Positions 9,606 to 18,597 of a stretch of 64,000 nucleotides of DNA are shown here, in pieces. Origin of the DNA: a virus; IMG/VR virus record IMGVR_UViG_3300050122_000130, positions 31,489 through 95,488 of that record; one strand, written 5' to 3'. The position numbers were made by a program, and so were the translations under genes. The notes beneath the pieces are model-generated. The model did not search any database. It saw only the letters and a program-made list of their open reading frames with translations, and was not told the DNA's origin. Each line of letters starts with the position of its first letter. Position 1 is the stretch's first letter.

Positions 9606-9699
9606 TCGTCAAACTCCGATCATCTGAACGAGCGGCCACCGAATCCAGATCATCCGCCGCGTACGCCAAAAAACCAGACGTGAAGATCGTACTGCATTT

Positions 9700-9864
9700 T
9701 CAAATTCGGCCCACGAGCAGCAAGATGATCAAGATCACGACGATCAGACCGAGACCGCCGCCGACTCGATAACCACCGCCATAGAACGGACCGCCGCCCA
9801 TGCCGCTGAAGCCGCCGAGCAGCGCGATAACGAGAATAATCAGAATGATGGTGCCGATCGACAT
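9700..9864 (-). CDS. DUF3309-family small membrane protein
   Basis: MSIGTIILIILVIALLGG...YGGGY..GGGLGLIVVILIILLLVGRI; GGAGG RBS. Confidence 0.8.
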   Translation of the reverse strand: MSIGTIILIILVIALLGGFSGMGGGPFYGGGYRVGGGLGLIVVILIILLLVGRI

Positions 9865-9878
9865 GGTGGCCTCCTTCG

Positions 9879-10352
9879 TTATTGCCGCGCACCGATCGCG
9901 ATATACTCGCCGGGCCCGGCATTCTTGTTGTCGCGATCGAGCGTCACGCGAAGATCGGTCGATCCGTTCAGCATCAGGACCAGGTCCGACGACGAACTGA
10001 TGATGCCAGGGGGTACCATCGGCGAATTCTGCACGGTGGTCTTCCAGTGTGCACTCTCGAAGGCGTTCTCCAGGTTCAGCGCCAGATCGCCGCATTTGCT
10101 GTCCTCGAGACAGAAAATGGTCACTTCGCCCGGCTTGTCCTTCAATTTCGTGGTCAGGTCGTCAATTTCAGCCTGACTGAGCTCCGGCCAGATGGTTCTC
10201 GCCATCCGTTGGGCCTTTGCCGGGCTTACGGTGCCCGCTGGTGCGGTGACGACGCGGGTGACTACTGGCGCGCGGGTCACGCTCAAATAACCCACAGAGG
10301 CCGCCACAGCGACTAACGAGGCCACGATCGAGGGGATGACATGCTCTCTCAT
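9879..10352 (-). CDS. Hypothetical membrane-anchored/secreted protein
   Basis: N-terminal hydrophobic segment; ORF in the operon. Confidence 0.6.
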   Translation of the reverse strand: MREHVIPSIVASLVAVAASVGYLSVTRAPVVTRVVTAPAGTVSPAKAQRMARTIWPELSQAEIDDLTTKLKDKPGEVTIFCLEDSKCGDLALNLENAFESAHWKTTVQNSPMVPPGIISSSSDLVLMLNGSTDLRVTLDRDNKNAGPGEYIAIGARQ

Positions 10353-10572
10353 GGTATCCCCGCTGGTCGATCGATTGCAGGAGGCGGTTCAGCCGCCGGA
10401 GCCGGCGCGTAGACCGGCGCCGGGCCCTTGTCGCGCTTCATCACGACCGAGACTTTCGGCTTGTGCGGGATCGGCAGATCAGCGCCATAAGCGACCGAGA
10501 AAATCAGCGCACCCACCGACACCACTAAAGCGAACACAGATAGTGCCAGCGATATTCGATACAGCATCGTGC

Positions 10573-10926
10573 TCAATCCTGCGTTTCTTTGGCGAAGTCG
10601 CCGTGTTTGTCGACCGGCGCCGGCAGCAGCGGCATCTGTACGATATCGGAACGCTTGTGCCAACTGTCCGGGCAGAACTGAATTTTGCCGTCGGTGATGA
10701 TGTAATGGCAAAGGATATTTTGCTTTTCACCACGGCCGAGATTGGTTTGCGGGTCGATCCCACCAGTCCAGCGAACGAAGGTCTGCGCAAAGCTTGGCGA
10801 GAACGTTGGCTTCTGCACGTCGCCATTGAAGGTCCAACTATCGGGCAGGATGTGAACTTCCTCGCATGCCGGACACCAGTGAGCGTGACCGGTAATTGTT
10901 TTGCGGAGTATCGGGCTGACCTGCAT
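10573..10926 (-). CDS. DUF6527-like Cys/His protein (paralog 1)
   Basis: HWCPAC...H, WTFNGD..KPTFSPS, CHYIITDGKIQFC.D..H. Confidence 0.75.
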   Translation of the reverse strand: MQVSPILRKTITGHAHWCPACEEVHILPDSWTFNGDVQKPTFSPSFAQTFVRWTGGIDPQTNLGRGEKQNILCHYIITDGKIQFCPDSWHKRSDIVQMPLLPAPVDKHGDFAKETQD

Positions 10927-11026
10927 CAGGAATATCTCTGAGCGACGATCATCACAATCACCATGAAGATCACCATCATCGCCACGATTCCAGCGGCCTG
11001 CCATATCTCTTTACGTCCAGAACGCC

Positions 11027-11419
11027 TCACAGCCGCGCGCTCGTCATATACTTGTCGTCAGGGACATCTGGCATCTCAACCGTCTGTCCGCGCAGCGAAT
11101 GCGTGCAGTCACCGAGAAACTCTATCATCCCATTGCGAATGAAGTAGTGGCAGACCGTGCTCGCGACACCGCGCTGATATTCCTTCATGTCCGGTGTGTT
11201 CACCCGCATATTGATGCTCGGCGAGAACGTCGGCTTGTACCGGTTGTTGTTGAACGTCCACTTCGCACCAGATGAGTTTGGCTCGTCAACGTTAATCTCG
11301 TGGCCATAGCCACAGCCTGGACACCAGTGACCGTAGCCACCCTGCGGCCAATACTTGCGATCGAGCGCTACCAGCTTGCTCACGGCGTCAGCTTTCCATC
11401 GCGCAAAAATCCATGCCAC
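11027..11419 (-). CDS. DUF6527-like Cys/His protein (paralog 2)
   Basis: HWCPGC...H, WTFN....KPTFSPS, CHYFIRNGMIEFLGDCTH. Confidence 0.75.
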   Translation of the reverse strand: MAWIFARWKADAVSKLVALDRKYWPQGGYGHWCPGCGYGHEINVDEPNSSGAKWTFNNNRYKPTFSPSINMRVNTPDMKEYQRGVASTVCHYFIRNGMIEFLGDCTHSLRGQTVEMPDVPDDKYMTSARL

Positions 11420-11853
11420 TCATTGTTCGAACCCATGAAGAACGAGCCGGCGCCCGCGGCGCACGTCTTGCCGTTCTTGTCGACGGTGATTTTCTCGCCA
11501 ACAGTGCCGTGCCGTACCCAGCACCGGTGCTCGTGGTCTTCCTTCATCGTGCAGTTCGACGCGCGGCCCTCGATCGCCCACGAATGACCGTCGGCGTGCT
11601 TGCAGTAGATCGACAGGCCGTCATAGCCCACGCGCGGATATGAATTAGGCCCAGCGCCGTTTGTGCGGCGTGCGGACCAAAGCGCGCCCGTCGGCATCTC
11701 GTTCCAGCGAACCTCGCGACCGGTAGTCGTCTCACGCATGATCGGCGAGCTCACGCCATCCTTGTCGAAGCCGCTCATCTTCGGCTTGCCCTCAGCATCG
11801 AGGACGTGTTCCCACCAGGTCGTCTCGAAGACAGCGTGCGGATCGATCGTCAT
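11380..11853 (-). CDS. Divergent DUF6527-related Cys/His protein
   Basis: RASNCT...HRCW.RHG...ITV....AGSF...WHGFLRDG.L C-terminus. Confidence 0.5.
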   Translation of the reverse strand: MTIDPHAVFETTWWEHVLDAEGKPKMSGFDKDGVSSPIMRETTTGREVRWNEMPTGALWSARRTNGAGPNSYPRVGYDGLSIYCKHADGHSWAIEGRASNCTMKEDHEHRCWVRHGTVGEKITVDKNGKTCAAGAGSFFMGSNNEWHGFLRDGKLTP

Positions 11854-11881
11854 GACAAGCAATCTCCGCAATCCGACAAGC

Positions 11882-11911
11882 AAAAGGCCCCGACTGTAAA
11901 GTCGAGGCCTT
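11882..11911 (-). terminator. Intrinsic terminator
   Basis: On -: GGCCTCGACT-TTAC-AGTCGGGGCC-TTTT. Confidence 0.65.
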
Positions 11912-12026
11912 GGCCGTTATTTATTGCAAGTCCGTGTCGCCACGAGCCCGGGCGACCGCGCGAAGCTTACCTCAACATCTCCGACAAATGCTAAGGGGCG
12001 CCGGCTCGGCCGGCGGCAGTATTGGG

Positions 12027-12275
12027 CTATCGCTGGAGAAAGTAGCCGTGGCCACCTCCGAAACCGCCAAGCAGGCACGAGATGATCTCAGCTAGCAGAT
12101 AGATAATTCGGATCGATATCGACAGCATGATGATTATCAGCAAAACCTGCGTGATCCACGGAATTCCGGACATGCTCTCGAGCCAAGGTCCGATCAGCCG
12201 GCAAATCTTCAATGCCGCGATGATACACATAAACCAAACGATTAACTCGACAACGAACCAGATTGAAAAGCACAT
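12027..12275 (-). CDS. Small two-TM membrane protein
   Basis: Two hydrophobic segments; GGAGG RBS. Confidence 0.55.
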   Translation of the reverse strand: MCFSIWFVVELIVWFMCIIAALKICRLIGPWLESMSGIPWITQVLLIIIMLSISIRIIYLLAEIISCLLGGFGGGHGYFLQR

Positions 12276-12544
12276 CGCTCAGCCTCCAAGGGTTAAGCCG
12301 ACGCAACGCGCGAGAGTTTAGTTCGTTCCTCTCACACCCAACCCAGAACCCAAAAAATGAAAGCCCAAAGCGGAAGCGCGATCGCTACCGCCAGCACCCA
12401 AGGCCAGGATGCGGAATAGATTATTTTCAAGACAGGTGATCCATTTTGACCATGCTTCCACTTCAAAGCCTGACTTAAACTTTCCCCATGAGACAGCATC
12501 CTCGCCCAATTTGGGTCGACAGCGGTTTGTTTCCGCCGATTGAT

Positions 12545-13378
12545 CTACGAGAAGCCCGGCACGATCGGGATGCTCACACATCGGCAGTTAATCAACTGGC
12601 CTGGATGGATGAACTCTTTGACCGCAGGGTCATACCATCCTTTGGTGACGTCGTAGGTTTTGCCGTTGTTCTTGACATGCGTCGGGCGCGGGACCTTCCC
12701 CCCGCCTGAATGTCGCCATGTCGCGGTAGTGATGCCGTTCTCAATGAACCGCACGCGCGACATGTTCGCCGTCGCTTTATTGTTCTGATCTTTCGATATC
12801 AGCGCCGCACGCCGCTTCGTCACGCCGTACCGCTTCTCAAGTTGTTTCGAAAGTGTTCCAAGGTCCCGGCCAGCCGATACCGACCGCATCACGAGTCCTT
12901 CGACTTCCTGCAGGTGCTGGCTGGCGATCGATTTGATCAACCCAACATTCTCCGCGGTCGTCGCCTCGACCACGTCCTTCATGGCTTGCGACATCTGAAA
13001 CCGAACAGAGAAGCCGCCTTTTCGCAAGATCGAAGCGAGCTGCTGGTCCGTCCGCTTGTGCGCGGCCGTCGCGAAGTATTTCGCCAGTTGCGGTGCCGCC
13101 CAATCGAATCTCTTCAGCCAGCGCTTCTTCAGCAACTCGATCGCTTTCTTGAGCGCGTTTGCCGGCAGGATATCGTCCATCGCCATCGCTGGCGGGTTCT
13201 CGCGGTACGCAGCCTTGATCCAGTAATCGACGGATGCGTTCATTTCCTTGATGAGCCGGTCCAGCTTCTTGCGGTAGGCGACGCTGAGGCCGATGTTCGG
13301 ATGCACCGGCCGCAGCTTCTTCGGCTTCGAGGCCTTGGATGCTTGGCCAACTGAAGTCGCGCGAAATATTCCGTGCAT
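12545..13378 (-). CDS. Minor head protein, MuF / SPP1 gp7 family (short form, no toxin extension)
   Basis: LRPVHPN.G...Y, RAALISKDQNNKA, W.HS....PRPTH, PGQLINCRC. Confidence 0.9.
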   Translation of the reverse strand: MHGIFRATSVGQASKASKPKKLRPVHPNIGLSVAYRKKLDRLIKEMNASVDYWIKAAYRENPPAMAMDDILPANALKKAIELLKKRWLKRFDWAAPQLAKYFATAAHKRTDQQLASILRKGGFSVRFQMSQAMKDVVEATTAENVGLIKSIASQHLQEVEGLVMRSVSAGRDLGTLSKQLEKRYGVTKRRAALISKDQNNKATANMSRVRFIENGITTATWRHSGGGKVPRPTHVKNNGKTYDVTKGWYDPAVKEFIHPGQLINCRCVSIPIVPGFS

Positions 13379-13389
13379 CGAACTTTCCA

Positions 13390-13658
13390 ACGTAGGCCCG
13401 AACGAACGACATATCGTCGGGCACGATCGATTGCATTTTTAGCAGCTGGTCGACCATGGATTTGACGTCGGAGTAAATCTCCTCCGGCGTGGCCATGGCC
13501 CAGAACTTACCGCTGCCGTAGAGCGTCACAGCGGTCTTGCTGGGACCGATGGCCATATCCATCCCGTAGACGACATCAACCGGCGCCTTCGGCAGGGCCG
13601 GCGCGATCGCCGCGGCCGCAACGCCCGTCAGAAACGCTCTGCGGTTAAGTTCGGGCAT
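13390..13658 (-). CDS. Twin-arginine-leader protein with TerL-like and capsid-like short segments (frame stays open to 12837, overlapping MuF)
   Basis: LNRRAFLTGVAAAAIAPA leader; 3' end uncertain. Confidence 0.5.
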
Positions 13659-13947
13659 CGAGCGCGCGCCTCCCGATCGGCGGGTCACCCATCAATTGCG
13701 ACGTGACATTCTCGTGCTCGAGATAACCGTCTCTGCTAGGATCGTATTGCGCGGCAGCGCGGTAATCCGGCTTGTCGACAGCGTACTCTTTCAGCCGATT
13801 GTCGACTGAACCTGCCATGCGCTTGCGGTAACCGCGCATATATTCCTTCATGTATCGATTGTACGATTCTCGATCGGCCCATTTCGACGGCGTGGCACCT
13901 TTCGGTCTACCGCGTGGACGTCCAGTTGGATTGCTCCAATAGCTCAT
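13645..13947 (-). CDS. Hypothetical AT-hook DNA-binding protein
   Basis: GRPRGRPKG motif, basic helix. Confidence 0.55.
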   Translation of the reverse strand: MSYWSNPTGRPRGRPKGATPSKWADRESYNRYMKEYMRGYRKRMAGSVDNRLKEYAVDKPDYRAAAQYDPSRDGYLEHENVTSQLMGDPPIGRRALDART

Positions 13948-14213
13948 CAGTGCACGCGCCCGCGGCGCTGATGCTCCCACCAGATGAAGCGGTGATAGCC
14001 CCACCAAAACGGATTGGCGAATGAGTGGCGGACCACGAGCGCACGATTGTCGAGCGGTATGGTGTGTTTGTCATCAACGCAGCCCATACGGCTGTTGCAC
14101 GATGGATAGATGCAGTCGTCCCACGGACAGGCGGTCATCATGCAGCCCCATAAGGCCGCACCAGCGGCCGAGCGACGCGCGTGTTGCGCTGCTCAGCCCG
14201 ATCTAGCGCAGAA

Positions 14214-14489
14214 TCACTCTTTGCGAAAGGAGGTTCCCGACGTATCGCCGGAGCCCTCCCCGTTTTTTGAGTTCGAACGCTCCAGATCCTTCACTTCCTC
14301 GAGCATCGCGTCGAAGTCGGCCTCGCCGCTATCGAGCGAACCTTCGTGCGCCTCGAAGGCCTGGTTCATCCGAGAGTCGAAGCCCGGCATACGGTCGATC
14401 AGCGCCTGCGCGCGCTCGTCCATCTTCCGCTTGCGCTCGGCCACCATCTGCGCTGCGAGACGCGCCTTGCTGATCGGTGCGTCCGCCAT
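14214..14489 (-). CDS. Hypothetical coiled-coil protein
   Basis: ATG 14489 with GAGG RBS, helical composition. Confidence 0.55.
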   Translation of the reverse strand: MADAPISKARLAAQMVAERKRKMDERAQALIDRMPGFDSRMNQAFEAHEGSLDSGEADFDAMLEEVKDLERSNSKNGEGSGDTSGTSFRKE

Positions 14490-14490
14490 A

Positions 14491-14925
14491 TCAGCCTCGT
14501 CCCGCTTCGCCGCTCGATCGATTGTCCGACTCAGATGTAGGTTCAGCAACTGCGACAGCAGCAGCGTTCGCTGCATCGGGCGCGTCCCTCTTGAAGCCGG
14601 CCTCTGCGAAGATCCTCATCATGGCCTCGGCGCCGAGCGGGTCGCCGATCTTGACCGCTCCGCGAATCAGCGCCGATGACGAATACATGCCGGCGACCAC
14701 GCCCATGATCTGCTCCGCGCAATAGTTGCGGTGCTTCTGCTTGTCCTGGACGACGTCGATGCCGGGAAACAAATCGATCACGGTATTGAGCTGGTCGCGC
14801 GCGCGCGCCGCGAGGAAGCGCCCATACCGCAGGCTCACGTCCATCAGCCACGTCTGGTCATCACCGGTGGTGATTTCCTTTTTGATCTCGTCCAGGCGCC
14901 GCTGGTAGGCTTCATGGTTGAACAT
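14491..14925 (-). CDS. Hypothetical protein
   Basis: 144-aa ORF, TGATG-coupled to the upstream ORF. Confidence 0.6.
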   Translation of the reverse strand: MFNHEAYQRRLDEIKKEITTGDDQTWLMDVSLRYGRFLAARARDQLNTVIDLFPGIDVVQDKQKHRNYCAEQIMGVVAGMYSSSALIRGAVKIGDPLGAEAMMRIFAEAGFKRDAPDAANAAAVAVAEPTSESDNRSSGEAGRG

Positions 14926-15089
14926 CAGTCGTCGTCTTCCATCTCGACTTCGTTGCCATTGTCGTCGACCACCTTCACCTTGAACGGTGGGTCGTCTTTC
15001 TGCACTACAACGACTTCGCCGTCCGGTCCAGCACCGATCGGACCCTGCTCGAGCGTCGAGGTATCAATCTTCTTCGGCTCTTTGGACAT
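14925..15089 (-). CDS. 54-aa acidic protein immediately downstream of the portal-ART gene (not in ORF track)
   Basis: ATG 15089, 1 nt after the portal stop; MSKEPKKIDTSTLEQGPIGAGPDGEVVVVQKDDPPFKVKVVDDNGNEVEMEDDD; TGATG overlap with next gene. Confidence 0.6.
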   Translation of the reverse strand: MSKEPKKIDTSTLEQGPIGAGPDGEVVVVQKDDPPFKVKVVDDNGNEVEMEDDD

Positions 15090-15090
15090 T

Positions 15091-18000
15091 TCAGACTTCC
15101 TCGAGCTCGATGTGAGTGCCCTTGACGGACTTCACATGAAAGCGGCTGCCCGACTTGAACAGCACCTCAGCCTCACCTGGATGAGACGATAGCTTCTCGA
15201 TGTCGCGTCCGTTCTTGCCGTGCACCGTGTAGCTATAATCGCCGGACCACGTTCCCTGGTTCTTGCTAGTTGAGGTGAAGCCACGTTCTTCGATGATGTG
15301 CCCGGGAATATAGGCCTTGAACTGCTCCGGCGTCAGCGACGCTTTGCGGTACGTGGTTTGCGTATACTTCGGCAGCTTCTCAAGCCCGGAATTCAGCGAC
15401 TTCATGAACTTGTATTGCGCGACAGTCATCGTGCCACGGCGCAACTCGGAATTCACCTTGCCGTAATGCGAACCACTGTACGCGATGATCGGAACAGCGT
15501 CCGCGCCACTGATGTGCTTGGACAAGCCTGCCGATTTGACCTTCTTTTCCGCTTGCGCGACGTAGGCCTTGGCAGCATCACCGCCACCAAACAGCGCTTC
15601 CATCGCTTCGTAGTGCGTCTTCAGCTCAGGATCGGCCGCAAACTTCTCGTCGAGCTCCTTCTGCGCTTTAGCCTCTTTTTCGGCCTTCTCGGCAGCGGCT
15701 TTCTTCGCGTTCTCTTCGACCTTCTTCGCCGCGGCCTCAGCCGCAGCTGATTCAGTCTGCTTGACCTTGGCGAGCGTGGCTTTGTAGTCGGCGACCTTCT
15801 GGTTCAGCTGCGCGTCGCTCAGGCCTTCCTTGCCGGCGTACTTCGCATTGAACTCCTTGATCGCAGTGACAGCTTCCGGCTCGGAGCTCGAGATCGGTAG
15901 CGTCGTTCCTTTCTTGGCTTTCTTCAGCTCCTCCGGCGTGGCCTGCGGAACAGTGGGCTTGTCCTGCAACAGGCCCATCTTCTTCATCTGATCCTTCATC
16001 GCAGGCTTCATGTTTTCCGAGAGCTGCTCGGCAAAAGCCGGATTGTACTTGAGCAGGTTTGCAGCGGTATCGGTGTCGTTCTTCTGCAGCGCCTCAGCCA
16101 CCGCGCCCAGGAATTTCGGATAGGTGCCGCCTTCACCCGACATGAACTCAGCCAGCGCGTTCAGCTTCGCTGGCTCAGGCGTCTTTTCTGTAACCGCTGG
16201 ACCTTCCCACGATTTAGCAATTGCAGCTTTTTTCTCCGGAGTCAGAGCAGCAGCTTCCTTCGCTGCCTTCTTCTCGGCATCCGTCATCGGATGGCCCTTA
16301 TACATCAGCTTGCCGTTTTCGGTGTACTTCTCCAGCTTCATGCCGAGCGACTTGGCTTGCGCCGGCATCGAAACTGAGGGCCAGCCCATGGTCTCCATGA
16401 TCTCTTTTGCGGTTGTGCCCTTCTCGAGGAGATGGCCGATGATCTCCTTTTTCGAGTTGAACTTCGCACCAACGAAGCCCTTGGCTACATCTGCAAGAGC
16501 CTTAGCCGCGCTTGACTTGCCGCTCGCCGGCGTACCGCCGCCCCCTGTGGTCGAGAACTTGCCGTCCTGATCGCGCTTGACCTTGCTCTCGTCGAACTGG
16601 CCATCGTCGAACGCCCAGACATCGGCCGCGATCTCGGAGGGCTCGATCGCTTCGTCAGCAGCGCCGTCGACTTCCTTGTTGTCGCGCGATCCACTACCGC
16701 CTTCGCCGCCACCGCCGGCTCCGCCGCCCTGAACCATGCCCTGGTCGGCTGGCGGCTCCGGTAGATCGTCTGGCTCGAGTCCATTGTACGGCGAGTCATC
16801 GTCAGCGATGACGATCTCACGAACTTCTTCTTGGCCGATAACGCCCATGTCGACGTAAATCTGATGGGTCTCGGCCTCGGTCTTCTTGACCTCAGATTCG
16901 CCCTTCTCGTCCAGGCTCCAGAGCGGTTCGAACTCGAAGCCGATCGAGGGATCGACTTCACCGAACAGATTGAGCTGAATAAAATCAATAATGCGCTTCA
17001 GCTTGTCGCGGAACAGGTTCTCCTGCATCGCGTGCACAAGATCGTAGAACACCCGAAGCTCCCCCTCGCTCGAGGCGTTCAGGCCCGAAGGCGTGATGCC
17101 GAGCAGCACGATGAGCGGGATACCCGACACCGATGACATCTGCTCCTGGCTTTGCGCCTGCAGGTGGTCGAGCGTCCCGAGGGGGGTTGAGATGTTGAAG
17201 AACTCTTCGGTCTCCTTGTCCAGCACCATGGCGCCGGCATTGCTGCGCGCCTTGTTGAACAGATCGATGCGGTCAAGCACCTCCTCGCCGCCGCCCTGCA
17301 GCAGCGATTGAGCGTTCGTGTAGACGCCCGAAACAGAGAAGCTTTCGATCAGGTTGGTCACGGCCTGTCGGGTGCGCAGCCAGTTGTCGACATATGGCTT
17401 GGCCATCTGCGACATCGACAGGCCGCCGAATGCATACGACGGCTTGAGAATGTCCGGCACCGGCCGGCCGACGAACGTCAACAGGCGCGAGACGTGCACC
17501 TGCTTCGCCATCGCGAACCAGACTTGCGGATTGTACCAATCATCCGCCAGCGGGTCATTCGCGTTGTAATTGACGGGGTAGCACCAGATCGGCTCGATAT
17601 GTTTGATGTTCTTCAGCGAGCCCTTTTTGAATTGAGCCTTGCTGGTCTCATCGCTTCCATTGCCTAGGTCGCTCTTGAGCTCGTCCGGATCGTCACTGTC
17701 GCCGGTGTCAATGTAGAGGTGGCTCCGCCCCATCCAGCCATCGAACTCTGCGACGGTCTTGAACTTGCCCCGCAGGTCGAGGCGCTTCATGTCCTCCTCG
17801 ATCGCCTTCAGCTTCTTCTGCAAAGCCTCGTTGCGTTTGCGTTGTGCGATCTCCTCCGGAGTGGGCTCGTCGTCTTCCTCGTCGTCATCGGCCACGGCGC
17901 CGCCGGCAGGGGCACCATCCGCATCATCGTCCTCTTCGTCCTCGAGCGGCGCATCGGGCGCTTTGTCGGCGCCAAGGCCTTCATCCGCCTCGTCGGCGTC

Positions 18001-18597
18001 CTCGTCGCTGGCATCGCTCTCAGGTTCGGCTTCACCGGCAATCGTGAGCCGGATCCACTTCCTGGTCATCTCGGTCGCAAGGCGTTCCGAGATCCGGCGA
18101 TACTCCGGCCGCTGGGTCAGCTGCGACAGATACGCGTACCCAAGAAAGCCGATGCCCTCCGAGAAGGCCTCGCCGATCGGGTTCGCGAAATTCCACGCGT
18201 TTGTGTACGACTCGTTGGCCCAGGTCGCGATCGCGCCGTCCAGCGCCATTTCCGGCTCGGCGCCCTGGGGTAGAACGCCCGGAGGTGGCTTGAATGCCTG
18301 GAACGGGTTGTAGAGCGCCGCTCCTTGGCTCTGCGAGGCCCCTGAACGCGTTTTACGTGCGGCCCGCGCCATAACTTCGGAACTTATCTTCATCGGCGCA
18401 CGGGGCTCGACAACGGCCGCATGGTGCTTCTCAAGATCGACAGCTGTGCGCGGTGGCACTTTGTCCGCCGCGGGCGCCGGCTTGGCTGTGGGAGCCGGCG
18501 TCGCCGCGACAGCAGGGGTGTGTCGCATCACACCGAGAACGGCCTCCTTGATGGTTTCTGAAGTCGGCCGCTGCCGCTTATACCGGGTCACCGTCAC
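15091..18597 (-). CDS. Portal protein (DUF1073 family) with long C-terminal extension ending in an ADP-ribosyltransferase domain
   Basis: Portal: FLGYAYLSQLTQRPEY, HVSRLL, YVDNWLRTR, GIPL..LLGITPSGLNASSEGE...FYD; ART: AYSG..Y..VN..LR, TYRK, GFTSTS, EAEVLF..G.RF.V. Confidence 0.9.
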   Translation of the reverse strand: MTVTRYKRQRPTSETIKEAVLGVMRHTPAVAATPAPTAKPAPAADKVPPRTAVDLEKHHAAVVEPRAPMKISSEVMARAARKTRSGASQSQGAALYNPFQAFKPPPGVLPQGAEPEMALDGAIATWANESYTNAWNFANPIGEAFSEGIGFLGYAYLSQLTQRPEYRRISERLATEMTRKWIRLTIAGEAEPESDASDEDADEADEGLGADKAPDAPLEDEEDDDADGAPAGGAVADDDEEDDEPTPEEIAQRKRNEALQKKLKAIEEDMKRLDLRGKFKTVAEFDGWMGRSHLYIDTGDSDDPDELKSDLGNGSDETSKAQFKKGSLKNIKHIEPIWCYPVNYNANDPLADDWYNPQVWFAMAKQVHVSRLLTFVGRPVPDILKPSYAFGGLSMSQMAKPYVDNWLRTRQAVTNLIESFSVSGVYTNAQSLLQGGGEEVLDRIDLFNKARSNAGAMVLDKETEEFFNISTPLGTLDHLQAQSQEQMSSVSGIPLIVLLGITPSGLNASSEGELRVFYDLVHAMQENLFRDKLKRIIDFIQLNLFGEVDPSIGFEFEPLWSLDEKGESEVKKTEAETHQIYVDMGVIGQEEVREIVIADDDSPYNGLEPDDLPEPPADQGMVQGGGAGGGGEGGSGSRDNKEVDGAADEAIEPSEIAADVWAFDDGQFDESKVKRDQDGKFSTTGGGGTPASGKSSAAKALADVAKGFVGAKFNSKKEIIGHLLEKGTTAKEIMETMGWPSVSMPAQAKSLGMKLEKYTENGKLMYKGHPMTDAEKKAAKEAAALTPEKKAAIAKSWEGPAVTEKTPEPAKLNALAEFMSGEGGTYPKFLGAVAEALQKNDTDTAANLLKYNPAFAEQLSENMKPAMKDQMKKMGLLQDKPTVPQATPEELKKAKKGTTLPISSSEPEAVTAIKEFNAKYAGKEGLSDAQLNQKVADYKATLAKVKQTESAAAEAAAKKVEENAKKAAAEKAEKEAKAQKELDEKFAADPELKTHYEAMEALFGGGDAAKAYVAQAEKKVKSAGLSKHISGADAVPIIAYSGSHYGKVNSELRRGTMTVAQYKFMKSLNSGLEKLPKYTQTTYRKASLTPEQFKAYIPGHIIEERGFTSTSKNQGTWSGDYSYTVHGKNGRDIEKLSSHPGEAEVLFKSGSRFHVKSVKGTHIELEEV

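Noticed and set aside
12545-13378. MuF-toxin fusion
   Set aside because: MuF ends right after NCRC with no C-terminal extension; the cargo is on the portal and protease instead
15091-18597. Anti-CBASS Acb1, a label often attached to DUF1073 portals
   Set aside because: No paired HxT 2H-phosphoesterase motifs seen; the C-terminal domain is an ART
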